From Paragordius varius (Eukaryota > Animalia > Nematomorpha), in contig OZ176053.1 in assembly GCA_964247055.1 (NCBI GenBank), forward strand, positions 10,168,001-10,232,000: DNA of 64,000 nt, in the 5' to 3' direction. The position numbers and the translations under genes are program-made. Shown here piece by piece: positions 1 through 12,619 of this stretch; positions within the stretch are counted from its first letter, which is position 1; every line of letters begins with the position of its first letter. The notes under the pieces were generated by a model that was not told the DNA's origin, made no database searches, and saw only the letters and a list, made by a program, of their open reading frames with translations.

Positions 1-800
1 TTGTATGTAAGTTGTATAACAAATGCACTAAAATAATATATTTAAAATCATATAAATATATAATATTCTAAAATAGTTTTAAGCAAATAAATTTAACTGC
101 ATTTAACCGAAAAACATATATTTAATTAAGTCTCTAGATATAAATCGGACTCAATCCAGTGCATAGCTTATCTTATACTCTTAATAAATATGATCAAACA
201 AAAATTAATTTTTATTATCAATATATATTTATATATACACTGTGTGCAAAAAAAGGGTTAATTATTTATTTGATGAGATCAGCGAATTCATTTACCGCAA
301 AAATTTTTATTTGTTGATGACCTAGTTTTTAAAATATTAAGAGAAAATTAAAATTGGGCAAAAAGTGAAGATAATAATTTAAAAATAATGATAAAATTTG
401 AGATATTATGGCTTATTATCATTTAAGTTTTTTAATATATAAATAGCCTAAAATCATTTATTTAGTATTTGCATAAAACCTCCGTTCAAAAAATAGCGTT
501 GTTCTTTTAACATACTACAAGAATTTTTGATAATACTATAGTAGAATAATTTTTTTAATTATTTACTAGCTAAACTCACTATTATAATTTTAACATTCAT
601 ATTTTATTCAGTAAAAAAATATTGTTTTTTATTTTTTATTTTTTTGTCTGGTTTATTAGTGTATAATACCGTTTTATTTTGGAATTTTAGAGTGAGAAAT
701 AAAAACTATAAAATTTATGCAAATAAAATTAAAAGTAGTTGACTATCACAATCTTTACGAATCCCTGTAACAAGTTTGTTTTAACACAAAATAATATTTT

Positions 801-1259
801 CAAATCCAACTGTCGAAAAAATATAATCATAAATGAATGCCCCGACAATAGCTTGGCCCTTTTTTGAATTAGGTCCCCAGTTCGGGCCCACCCCGTGTAA
901 AAAGCGGGATTTTTTGAAAATACAAGTCCACAAAAATCGTGTCTTTGAGACAATTTTTCCGAAAACGTGTTTGACCATTCGATTTCAAATATGATTTTTT
1001 TTACTTATTTTCGATTGTGCCGAACATAGTTGGCTCTCTTTTTTAATTTAGGCCCTCTTTTTACCCTCTCCCCCGCAAAATGCCACTTTTCAAAAAAATT
1101 GTCCACAAAAATAATTTGTTAAATCTATTTTTCGCCCAACGTATGAGGCCGTAAATAATTCAATAAGGATTCCAGGTATTCCCTGTTAAGAGGCAAAAAA
1201 TTTAGTCAAGCGTTTCTTTGATGATCGCTGCTGGGTAAGGAGATACCCGCTAAAAACTG
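801..1259. repeat. Dispersed copy of the ~510-bp unit found inside the Helitron at 12620-13703 (Helitron-related remnant)
   Basis: Near-continuous similarity to 12688-13150 and 13200-13615 (e.g. aatgaatgccccgacaatagct...ggcccacccc...gctgctgggtaaggag...gctaaaaactg). The ORFs called at 729-978 are spurious translations of this repeat. Confidence 0.8.
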
Positions 1260-2251
1260 CCCCGTCATATCAAAATAGCGTGTCTTTGGGGCTAAATTTC
1301 AGAAAACCTATCAGGCCATATGAGTTCAATAGGTGCTTAAAATATTACCCGTAACAAGGCAAAAATTTAGGTCGTACCTTTTTTTTAAAATTAGCCGTTA
1401 ATTAGGCCCTTCACGCCCTGAAAAATGAGCCACCATAGAATGATTTTTTAATTTTGAGGCGATTTTTCCAAAAACTAATGAAAGCATATGGAATCAATTA
1501 CACTAGAAAACAAATTTTAACTTTTTTTAACTGTCATTTTTGTAAATATAAAATTTTCATTAAAGTACATAATTAGTATATCTGAAAAGAAAATTGGTTC
1601 TGCATGCAAGAATTTTTTTTATATTAGAGTTTATCGATAATTTTTGGCCCCGATTTAACATTAAACTCGAAATTTCGAAAATAAAAAGTTTTAGATAAAG
1701 CCATGTATTTTATATCATTTAAAAGAGCGCAAAAAACTGCATCTTTTAAATGGTAGTAAATTTAAATCAATCGGATGTAAAAGTTATTTGGATTTAAATG
1801 GTCAAAATTTTCAATCCTTAAATAAGTCAAGAATTTTCACAGACAAATGTATGAAAAAGCGTTTGGTTTGCTTTTTTAATAAAAAATAAAAGATCAAAAA
1901 TAATATATATATATATGCTATTTCATTTATATCTGTGATAGTTAGACCCAAAACATTTATAAAAAATTTAAATGTAATCATGTTCCACAGTATCCAGGTG
2001 AAAAATGATGTAATATATATTCAAGGGAAATGTATCAGGACAAGGGCCGTTTTGGCAACGAATTTACGAAAGTAATTTAACTTTTGTGGAAACTGCCTTA
2101 TACCAGATAACGACACTCACAATAGTCGAAAGCTAAGTGACTCATTCCAAAACTATCACTAAAAATATGATAAATTACATATAAAAACAAAACTATTTTT
2201 ATAAAATTTTAAATTTTTGACGTGGGCTCGCAAGGTCTCAAGTTCTCTTAA

Positions 2252-2894
2252 CACTTCGATTCAAATTGGGGTATCTAAATACCCCAGACTAAATTTAAGT
2301 TAGGATTTTTAAAAAACTACCAAAAGAAACGGTCCCAATTTAAATTTGTGCTTCTATCCTAAAAAAATTATCTAAATACAAAATTTTATTGAAAGAAATG
2401 GTCCCAATTATAATTTATGCTTCTATCCTAATCAAAATTAAATAAATAAGCCGAAATATCCAAATATAATTTGGTTTTGATAAAAAAGTTTCGTATCAAA
2501 CTACTTTGACGCCTTTTTTATCTTACAACATTTTTGCAAAATATCGTGTTTATTTGATTTTAAAGCTAAAATGAAAGCTAATTTTTATTTAAATCTCATC
2601 TAACATTGATAGAAAAAGATAAATGGTTTATTTTTTATTATTTTTTAATTTAGCCAATCATATGTCACGTTGATTAAATTTTTACCTTGAGATGTTAGCT
2701 AAAAATAAGCAACATCAAGTATTTTCGAATAAAGTTTTTTATCTATTCAGCTTTATTAATGTTACCTAAATGCAAAATTTTGCCATGGTTTCAATTCCTT
2801 CCATATTTTTTAAAGTATTTAATTTTAAACAGGCCTGGGGTATCCAACTACCCCAATTTGAATCGAAGGACTGAAATGAATGTGTTATATCCAG
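2252..2894 (+). mobile_element. piggyBac-type MITE, family A
   Basis: TTAA at 2248-2251 followed by CACTTCGATTCAAATTGGGGTA; the other end has TACCCCAATTTGAATCGAAG, a ~30-bp spacer, then ...tatccag|TTAA (2895-2898). Internal sequence shared with 7177-7755 and 43140-43684. Confidence 0.75.
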
Positions 2895-2898
2895 TTAA

Positions 2899-3594
2899 AA
2901 GATAGTTTATTCAAATCTCATCTAACATTGTTGGCAGAAAAATCGTTTATTTTGTATTATTTTTAAATTTAGCTAATGCACACATGTCATGTTGAGTCAA
3001 TTTTTACCTTTGGGTTTTACCTTAAATTAAATATCAAGTATTTGTGAATGATGTTTTTCTATGTCGGTTCATTAAACCTCGATTTAGGTTATATAAAACA
3101 GGCTAAATTTAAACTGATTTTTTTAAAAATCTATTGAAGGAAACCTTTTTAATTTAAATTTATGCTTCTATCCTATTAAAAATAATATAAATAAACCAAA
3201 ATATCTAAATAAAATTTTGTTTTGAAAAAAGTTCCATGTCAAACTACTTCGAGGCCATTTTTATTCTATAAAATATTTGCAAAATATCATCTTCATCTAA
3301 TAATAAGGGTAAAATTAAAGCTGATTTTTTATTTAAATTACATCTAACAATGATAGAAATAGAAAAAGCGGTTTATTCCGTATTTTTTTTTCAATTTTAC
3401 TATTGTACACATGTCACGTTGACTAAATTTTTACATTTTAGTTTTAGCTTAAAATAAGTAATATCAAGTATGTTTAATAAAAAAATTTATATATTTCGGT
3501 TTATTAATGTTCTATAAGTGCAAAATTTTGCAATGGTTGGTATATAACCCTCCCAATTTGAATCGAAGGACTGAAAATGTGTTGTATCCAAGTG
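2899..3594 (+). mobile_element. Truncated/tandem additional copies of MITE family A
   Basis: Internal family-A sequence repeated twice; ends ...ccaatttgaatcgaaggactgaaaatgtgttgtatccaagtg|TTAA (3595-3598). Confidence 0.7.
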
Positions 3595-4444
3595 TTAATG
3601 TTGTATAACAAACTTTTGCTATGCGTTCAATTAATTCCATATTTTTTAAACAATTTAATTTGAAACAGATTTGGAATACCTAACGAAACCAATTATCGAA
3701 TGACCGATATGGAGGTGTTGCATCAAAGTGTCAATGTAAAAAAATCCTAATCTCAAATTTTTCCGCCGCCATTTTTTCTTTAATTTTAATATAGATCGCT
3801 AATATAATTACGCAAATAAATGTATAATATGGTTAAAAATTTATATTTAGTAATCTTTCAGGTTACTATTTTCCAGCAAATTTTATATTTATTGGTTTTG
3901 AACAGCTGTTTTCAATCGCGATTTGGAGCTGCCCCAATTTCAGAAGAAAAGGGGTGTTACAAGATTATATGAGCGGCCCGCTAAAATTTCGGATATTCAT
4001 AGGTTAAATTTTTTAATAAAAATGATATTTCCCATTCTAAAATAGTCTCTCGAATTGGCAAAAATATAGTTATATAGTGTTTGCATTTGTCAGCCCTATG
4101 TTAAAAAAATTTTTAATGCCACTAATAAATGTTTTGAGTAAAAAAAATACGGCCCGGGAGACCATTTGTGTTGAATGCCTTATAAAACTGTATCAAATAT
4201 AAAATTATCTAATCTAGGAGAATGTTTGATAACTAAATTTTAGCTAAGATTCCTTTTAAAACAGTAATTTTTTTACAAGATTGAGCTCTGGAATATAAAA
4301 CCCCAATATCGGACAAAAAAGTTAAAAGGTCAATGTTAGATATGATTTATGCATCCAGTTTTATGTCGCTTTCGGATATACAATATGACAATAAAATTTT
4401 AAACAACCGTTTCGCATATATCCATATACACGTGTTTTAACTTT

Positions 4445-7400
4445 ATGAAAGCTTTAATTTTAGTTGGTGGGTATGGAACGCGATTAAGGCCCTTAACCTT
4501 AACAAAGCCAAAATCATTGATAGAGTTTTGCAATAAACCAATTGTTGGGCATCAAATTGAAGCGTTAGTTGAAGTAAATAATTATCATAGTAGGCCGGTG
4601 TTAATCATATTGTTTTGGCTGTATGTTATCAAGCCGATCAATTGGAAGAAGAGTTAAGAATATATGAAGAAAGGGTATGAATTTTTGAATCATTAATAGC
4701 TAAAAATTAAAATAACTATATCTACCGAACTCAGTGAACCTTTGGGTACCGCAGGCGCAATAGCTCAAGCCAAGGATCACTTACTATCAGATCCTGGCGA
4801 ACCATTTTTTGTTCTTAACAGTGATATTATTTGTCATTTTCCATTTAAAGAAATGATTATCTTTCATAAAAAACATGGAAAAGAAGGCACTCTAGTGGTA
4901 AAACATTAATAAATTAATTTATGTATCATGCACTATTTCTAACTAATTTAAATATATCTACTTTTATGAATATCATTTTTGATTAAAGGCAATTAAATAT
5001 TTTTATTTTTACATTTTATACAATTTTGTCTGCCATTTCGATGTAAATATCAAATCTATATCATTTTGAGGAACAAACTTTTGAAGTTTTATAAAATTTT
5101 TTGAAAAGATGATTGTAGCCAATTTTCTATTAGTAATTTATTATATACTTTCAGGTGAAATAATTATAAACATTATGATGAAATCAATTAATCTAATCAT
5201 TTTTTATTATTTAATTGATTATTTTTTCACGTATATTCGGACTTTTTGATATTTTCCTTAGGCTAGACTCTTTTCGATATTGTTTTTCTATTTTTCATAA
5301 GTAATTGATAATTTGGCCTTGTTTTAAACCATTATGCATAATTTTAAAAATATAATAAAATCGAATAAACGGACAATAGTTACCATAATTAATTATCATT
5401 TTGCTCCGTAAAGTTTGTCCTTTTTTTTAAAAAATGTTAAAATTATATGAGCTTATATGTAATTTGTCTGTCTATTTTAGCTATTTCCCATATTTATAAT
5501 TTTGGATAAATTATTAAGCGTAATTATTTTAAAAATTACTCTACATAGTAACATATAAAAATACTAAATTTTTCATTTTAAACATTTGAATTAATATCAG
5601 GATATTTGGTTGTATGTTTTTTTTTCATAGCAATTATTATTAATATTTATCCTATAACACTTCATTTATTTTGACTTTGTCCTAGTTTACATTTTGGGGT
5701 AGTTTATCCCAGAGGTTAGTTTTGTAAATAAATACAGTTTTTTACAGTTATGTGGCTTATAGAGTCTAATTAGGACAGCTCCAAAACACGATTAAAACAA
5801 ACAGCTGATATTAAAATCAAAATATATCCTGTTGGTAAAATATGGCCTTGTTAATTATTTACATTTGCTAACCATAATATACATTTATTTACTTGTTGCA
5901 TTACCAATAAAAATATAGAAAAAAATGGCGGCCAAAAAGTTGGAGATTTTTAGAAAAATTTCTATAATACGCCCAAATGACTAAAGTAAGTATATTTTTT
6001 TAAATTCGGCTTAAAGCTTAAATACTTTTTATAATATTCAAATTTTGAATCGCTCTGGGATATAAAACTACCTCAAAAGGTAATGGAGTGTTAAAAGTGT
6101 CTATATAACTTCATTATTTAATAATTTTTGAATGTTTCAACTAATTTATATGATAGAACAAACTATTATTTATTTTTATTGCTGAATGTTTTAAATTATA
6201 TCAATGTGGTAAAATATATAGGTAACCAAAGTGGATGAACCATCCAAATATGGTGTTATCATATATAATACAGAACAAGATAACCTTATTGAACGGTTCA
6301 CGGAAAAGCCGAAAATTTTTGTCTCAAATAAAATTAATGCTGGTCTTTATATGTTTTCCCCATCATTCCTTTCACGCATTAAACCCGTCAAAACTTCCAT
6401 TGAAAAAGATGTGTTTCCCCTTATGGCTAGTGATCAACAATTACATGCTCTTGAATTGAAAGGTAACTTAAATTTTTTGCGATACGATTAGAAATATCTT
6501 GTATAAAAAAATTTAAATATTATTGACAAAAGTTTTTGACCGAATTATTTAAACTTTATAATTTTAAATGAGGGTTGTATTATATTTGGTAAGCCAACTT
6601 CACCTTTTCCTATTTCATAAACCTTTTAATAACATTGGCCATAAGAATAAGCATTATATATCGTAAAATTAATAATTTTAGTTACAATGCGGTTTTATAA
6701 AAAAACTTGCACTTTCATTTAGATTTTAATGTAACCATTTAAATTGAAAATCAACGTTACTATTGCAATTTTGTAAATCTTATTAAAGAATAATTATTTA
6801 ATTTATAATAGGGTTTTGGATGGATGTGGGTCAACCCAAAGATTTTTTATCGGGGATGTGTATGTACATGGAATCTGTGGTTGCTCCTCAAAATGAAAAG
6901 TTCTCTAAGGACGTCTCCAAAACCATTGCCGGTGATAATGTATCTCGACCCAGAATAATTGGAACTGTATTAATTGTAATACCAAAATAATTTTATATTT
7001 TATATGTTTTTACTCTTTTGATCTATTATATAAAATTACAAGTTTTTTAAAAATATAAGCAACAAAGTTAAACTCTTTTGTAAAAATAGTTTAATGTTCT
7101 CTATCATTTTGGGTTGCGAAATTAGTAATATTAATAATTATTATAAAATGTTATTTTTACATAAGTGTTATCCTAACACTTGGATACAACACATTCATTT
7201 TAATCCTTCGATTCAAATTGGGGTAGTTGGATACCCCAGGCTTGTTTAAAATCAAATACTTTAAAAAGTATGAAGCAATCGAAACCATGGCAAAATTTTG
7301 CACTTATATGACATTAATAAACCGAAATATATAAAAAAATTTATTCAAAAATACTTGATATTACTTATTTTGAGCTAAAACTGAAAGGTAAAAATTTAGC

Positions 7401-9226
7401 CAATGTGACATGTGTCAAATTGTAAAATTAAAAAATAATACAATAAACCGCTTTTTCTATTTCTGTCAATGTTAGATGTAATTTACATAAAAAATAAGCT
7501 TTAGTTTTACCCTTAAAATTAAATGAAGACGATATTTTGCAAAATTTTTGTAAAATAAAAATGGCGTCGAAGTAGTTTGAGATGGAACTTTTTTTTCAAA
7601 ACAAAATTTTATCAAGATATTTTGGCATATTTATATAATATTTATCAGGATAGAAGCATAAATTTAAATTGGGACCGTTTCCTTCAGTAGTTTTTTAAAA
7701 ATTTTAATTTAAATTTAGTCTGGGGTATTTAGATACCCCAATTTGAATCGAAGTGTTAAAGGTTGTAAAAAATCACCATCAAAACATATAGTTATATTTG
7801 GTTTTTTTAATTTAGTTTATCTATTATATAAATATGATCATTTTTATGATATTATAGGACGAAAGTGCTGAGATTGCCGCAGGTGCTATAATCGGACCAA
7901 ACGTTGTGATAGGACCCAAATGTAAAATTGAAACTGGTGCCCGTTTAAAGAATAGCATTCTCATGCCTGGCGTTAAGATTGGCTGTCACACTTGGATTAA
8001 CCATTGTATTGTTGGTTGGAATAGTAATGTAGGCAAATGGGTAAGTATGCGTCCATAGTAGATTCAGAGTTTTTTTTATTTTCTATATAGGTTAAAAATG
8101 TTTTATACAACAATTACTTTAAAAAGTTTAATTGGTTAAAATGTATGAAATCCATGTAATAGTTTATTGTTGCATGGCTTATAAAGTTTGAAGAAGGGTG
8201 TTGAATAAAATATTAATTTACAACAAACATAAAATACAATATATTAATTGGACGATGTTTTTTGAGTAACATAAATAATAAGCGTAAATAAAGTCAAAAT
8301 TATATAAATTATTAGTTCGCATATCCATATAATTATAATCGGCTAAAATTAAAAATTCACTTTCTACATCACTGTAGTTTATATTAATTTTTTTACATTT
8401 TATGTGCTAAAAAATCCTACATTAAATTTTCTATAATTTGCATTATCGCAAAATACAAAACTATAATAAAATTACGAGTTTAAAATAATAAAATAGTGAA
8501 ATTAAGTTTCCCAATAGTATATTATTAAGTAAACTCAGCGAATGTTTTGCATACCATACCTATTTAAGCATAATACAGTTCTTAATTTTCAGCCAGCTTA
8601 ACCTTAGAGACAAAATAACATTCAATTGGATACCGCTGCCAAAATCACTTGGACAAAATAACATTCAATTGGATACCGCTGCCAAAATTACTTGTACAAG
8701 AATGGCTTTTTCAACTTAAACTTAAACCAAATTTTCTCATACCAATTAAAATTATTAGATTCAACACTTGCCGCTGTAATAAAGTCTCGTTAATGAACAC
8801 AGTTATAACGGCTAAAATCAGATCATTAATTATTTTATTTGCATCTATAATTTTGAAAACAAAACCAGAAGCTATCATACCTTTAAAATTATCATATATA
8901 AGGAATTCCTTATTTGTGATTATTACGGTTATTTAAGAGTAATTTGTGGCGGTTAGGAACTTTCATTACATAAAACTAACATTTTTTTTTTAACATATAA
9001 TTATATCTAGACTTGATTATAAACTTAAACCTCCGGCTATATATGTAAATACAATTAAATTATCATATTATATTTTATTTATCTATTGTTATAGGTTAGG
9101 ATGGAAAACATATCTGTGTTGGGAGAAAACGTTGAGGTTGGTGATGAAATTTACATAAATGGTGGCAAAATTTTACCCCACAAATCCATAACAACGTCTA
9201 TAAGGGAGCCACAAATAGTCTTATAA
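4445..9226 (+). CDS. GMPPB: Mannose-1-phosphate guanyltransferase beta (GDP-mannose pyrophosphorylase B), 7 exons: 4445-4573, 4594-4674, 4700-4897, 6222-6462, 6812-6975, 7858-8040, 9095-9226
   Basis: Spliced translation [19 protein letters not shown]...EPLGTAG...[10 protein letters not shown]...EPSKYG...[16 protein letters not shown]...[13 protein letters not shown]...IGPNVVIGP...[11 protein letters not shown]...[11 protein letters not shown] matches the GMPPB family throughout; all introns GT-AG and in phase. Confidence 0.97.
5658..6090 (+). mobile_element. piggyBac-type MITE, family B (GMPPB intron 3)
   Basis: ataa|CACTTCATT... and ...aaaaggtaatggagtg|TTAA; subterminal inverted GGGGTAGTTT(T)ATATCCCAGAG motifs; internal similarity to 16045-16565 and 14070-14386. 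Confidence 0.7.
7177..7755 (-). mobile_element. piggyBac-type MITE, family A (GMPPB intron 5)
   Basis: ctaa|CACTTGGATACAAC...cttcgattcaaattggggta ... taccccaatttgaatcgaagtg|TTAA; reverse complement of the 2252-2894 copy. Confidence 0.8.
8610..8696. repeat. 43-bp tandem duplication in GMPPB intron 6
   Basis: acaaaataacattcaattggataccgctgccaaaat(c/t)acttg occurs twice with period 43. Confidence 0.9.
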
Positions 9227-10073
9227 ATTATGATATTGTGATGACAAAAATATGCATATATAATTTTTATTTACATATACCTGGGATGTATATATATACT
9301 TTAACAAAATTATTTATTGAATAAATCCAAGTATATCATGATTAAATTTATTTATAGCATTTGGAGCAATAAATTAAAAAAACTTAATGAGCAAAATGTA
9401 AAATGTTTTTAAACATTTGAGAACACCTTTTTGGGGTGGTTTACCCCTGAGAGCATAATTGTAAAATATCTACATGATATTGGGCCGAATTTAAATAAAT
9501 TATTTTTTAGCCTTTTAGGTGATTAATCTAGAAAAATATTTTGTAAAAACTATTAAATTATAAAATACCCTCTCTCAAACTTTTTAGCGTTTTTTTTACT
9601 AAATACTTAAAAACACGGGAATTTGATACCATGTCATAAAATTAACTAAAACGCATTTGATTATGTTTTAATAAAATTTCAATATTATTTAATTTTAGCA
9701 TCAGGTGTTTTTTATAACTCTATTTAAGTAAGCAATCTGAAGTTTAGAATGTCAATAATATAATCATTGATAATGTATTTAAGCCAAAATACCTTTAAAA
9801 AATTTATTAGGATTGGAAGGGTAATGAAGTGCTAAAGCTTTATCCACCATGTAAAATATTACGACTGTTTTACAATAAGAGTACCAGATAGCACATTCAT
9901 CAAAGGGCAATATACTTTTTATTATTACCCAATAAAAATGCTCTTTGCTGTATATGCTAACTGGCAATATTTAATGTGATATCATTGTATACTTACTTAT
10001 ACAATAATTTTATATCATATAATATTTTTTGATTGTTGTCTATACGTTGTTGAATCTCATCAAAAACTTGATT

Positions 10074-12271
10074 ATGGTATCATTACCCTCAATACATTTG
10101 TATACTTTTTGTTTTTTGGTGGTCTTTTCCAGAGGACTAAAAATTGGTATAGCAATTTTTGAATTAATATAATGATAATATATTTATTTGTTCTATATTT
10201 TTAGTGATTCGTACTATAAAATATATGATTTAGATCCAAATATGGATGTCGTTTTCCTTATACAAATGAACAATAGAATTAAAAACAATACTTTTGATTG
10301 TCTTAAAGGATCGCTTATGGTAAGTTAAATTATATTTTGGGGGGCAGGAAATTTTTTATTACTTCATAAATAGTAGCTATTTGCAGTGATCTATGGTCGC
10401 AACCATATAACAATATCTAAAATGTAACTATATTGTAAACCAATCAAATAACTTTTAGTGTTTGTTATAACGAAAAACAAAATTAACGTTTAACTCTTAT
10501 TTATTAATATTGTAATAGCCCATCAACACTTTTAAATCCTTAAATTTATATTCAGCGTTAAGATTGTGTTTATGGGGCAATTTAAATATATAGAGATAAA
10601 ACAAAAAACTGATTATGCCAAAAGTGATATTTTATATCAATGAGTCATTCTAGCCCAGAAACGCGTAATTCATTTTGTGAATTGGAAATATGTAAAAGTA
10701 TTCGATTGTTTAAGGGTGAACATTCAAATACCTTTACATATTATAAGGTTGTATACATGGCCTGAGCGCGGTAATTCAAGTGATGCGCTGCTTAGAATTT
10801 TATGTAGTTTAAGTCTATGCTTGAATTTTTTCGCTATCAGTATTCATAAACCGGGCGCTTAGGCACGCGATATATAATGTTCTAGGGATATTGAATAATA
10901 GGTTAAAATATTCTAATATGTAAAGCAAGAGTGTCCAACACGCGGCCCGCGGACCTCCAAAATTATTATTTTAGGGAGTCCAAGTAAAATTGATTTTCTT
11001 AAACAATTTTTCTGAATAAGTCTTTCCGAATTTCGGCAATAAACTAGCAAAAATATTAATAATAATAGTTTTCACAATCCTAAGTTTTAAGTCTAATAAA
11101 ATATTTGTTAATGCCCATATAATTTGTGAATGCGGCACGTCGGATTTTTTGACCCTTAAATGCGGCCCACAAGGCGATTTGTGTTAGTTACCCATGATGT
11201 AAAGGATAGTAACCATGTTTAAATACTTTCAATGTTGACAATGATGGTTTTACTATATGTTTGTGACACCGAAGTTGACGATATAAGATTAGTACATTAC
11301 CATATTAAATTTTTGTGCACATCATTAAAATCAATTAAATTAATCAATAACAAACAATTTACTTAATGTTCACTCCCAAAAAATTTACTAAGATGCGCGA
11401 CTTATATTAACATTAATATAATTTTTAACGAATTCCATATATATACATACATATATTTATCAATTTTTCTATGAAAAGACCAGGATAGTCGAGATAAACA
11501 ATGAAAAACCCATAGGGGCCCAAGGAACGAAAGTTGGAATAGTTAGTTATGGTAGTTTAGCACGTATCGTTCAATCCTTACGAGCCGGCATTAACTCATC
11601 TTCCATATTCTCGAAGATAAAAGCACTTGAACCGTCAGATGAAAGTATGATAAAAATAAAATTCTAATTCCTTTAAATCCTTGATATTCAACTACAAAAT
11701 TTAAGTTATAATCCGTTAATGTTATAATTTTTCAGTGTAATTATTTAGATATTATATTTGATAATCAATAATAAAAGGGCGCTCAAAATTAGTGTATATA
11801 TTTTTAGAAGATAGCTTAGTCCACCATGCATTATCGACAGTTATGGGTATGTTTAGAAAGGGTGGACGTCCAAAAGCTAAGAAATGGCTTACTTTAGTTT
11901 CTGATGGCCATTGGTCAAATAGGACCAATTTTAATGCTCTCGATAGATATCAAGATATCCACCCGAACAATCGTAATGTTTCGACTAATATATTTTACTT
12001 TATTGTACATGGCGAACTTTTATTTATATTACAAAATATATAGTCAACTTCATTTTATATAAATACCGGATGGCATATTTATCCAAAAAAATGCCATGAA
12101 AATGCAAGAAATAAAACGCATTTTGCAAGTTAAATAAATGCGCATATAGTTTGCACAAAAATTATCAAAAAAATCATTTTTCGCAAACAGTTAAATCATT
12201 TTGACAAAAAGGGTAAACCTGAATCAACACGTTCACAAAGAGCTTCGATACCGGTTCAATATAATAAATAG
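10074..12271 (+). CDS. Secreted single von Willebrand factor A (vWA)-like domain protein, paralog 1; exons ~10074-10146, 10234-10319, 11479-11644, 11808-12004, 12044-12128, 12150-12271
   Basis: Signal-peptide-like exon MVSLPSIHLYTFCFLVVFSRG; vWA-like strands MDVVFLIQ, GTKVGIVSYG, ALSTVMGMFRKGGRPKAKKWLTLVSDG; first exons and phases match the paralog at 23542. The 3' exons are less certain. Confidence 0.7.
10926..11196 (+). mobile_element. hAT-type MITE with 8-bp TSD
   Basis: Starts caagagtgtccaacacgcggcccgcgg, ends ...gcggcccac...gttagttacccatg; flanked on both sides by ATGTAAAG (10918-10925 and 11197-11204), the hAT 8-bp TSD signature. Confidence 0.8.
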
Positions 12272-12619
12272 GTTTCATAAACATAAATTACCTAAAATAT
12301 TTATTCAAATACGTCAGTGGCTTGCATAGGATGGGGAAGGGAGTAAAGCGCTATCATTAGGAATTTTTTTCGATATAGGCAACTAGCATTATTCTTGGTA
12401 GAATACTGAATTATCGTTAAATATATATTTTATTTTAAAGTTCATTTAATGTATAGAAATTAGAATAAGTGCCATTCCAGTTGGGGATACTAAATACGAA
12501 AACTTGTTCACCCTCATATCACGTCCGTTAGATGATAATATATTTTTATACAAATGCTCTTAAATAATAATGTTTATAGTGTTAGATAAAAAGAAAAAAC
12601 AAATAAATGAATGTGTTAA

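Noticed and set aside
4429-4434. CACGTG E-box upstream of GMPPB
   Set aside because: Single hexamer 10 bp from the ATG, with no supporting evidence of function.
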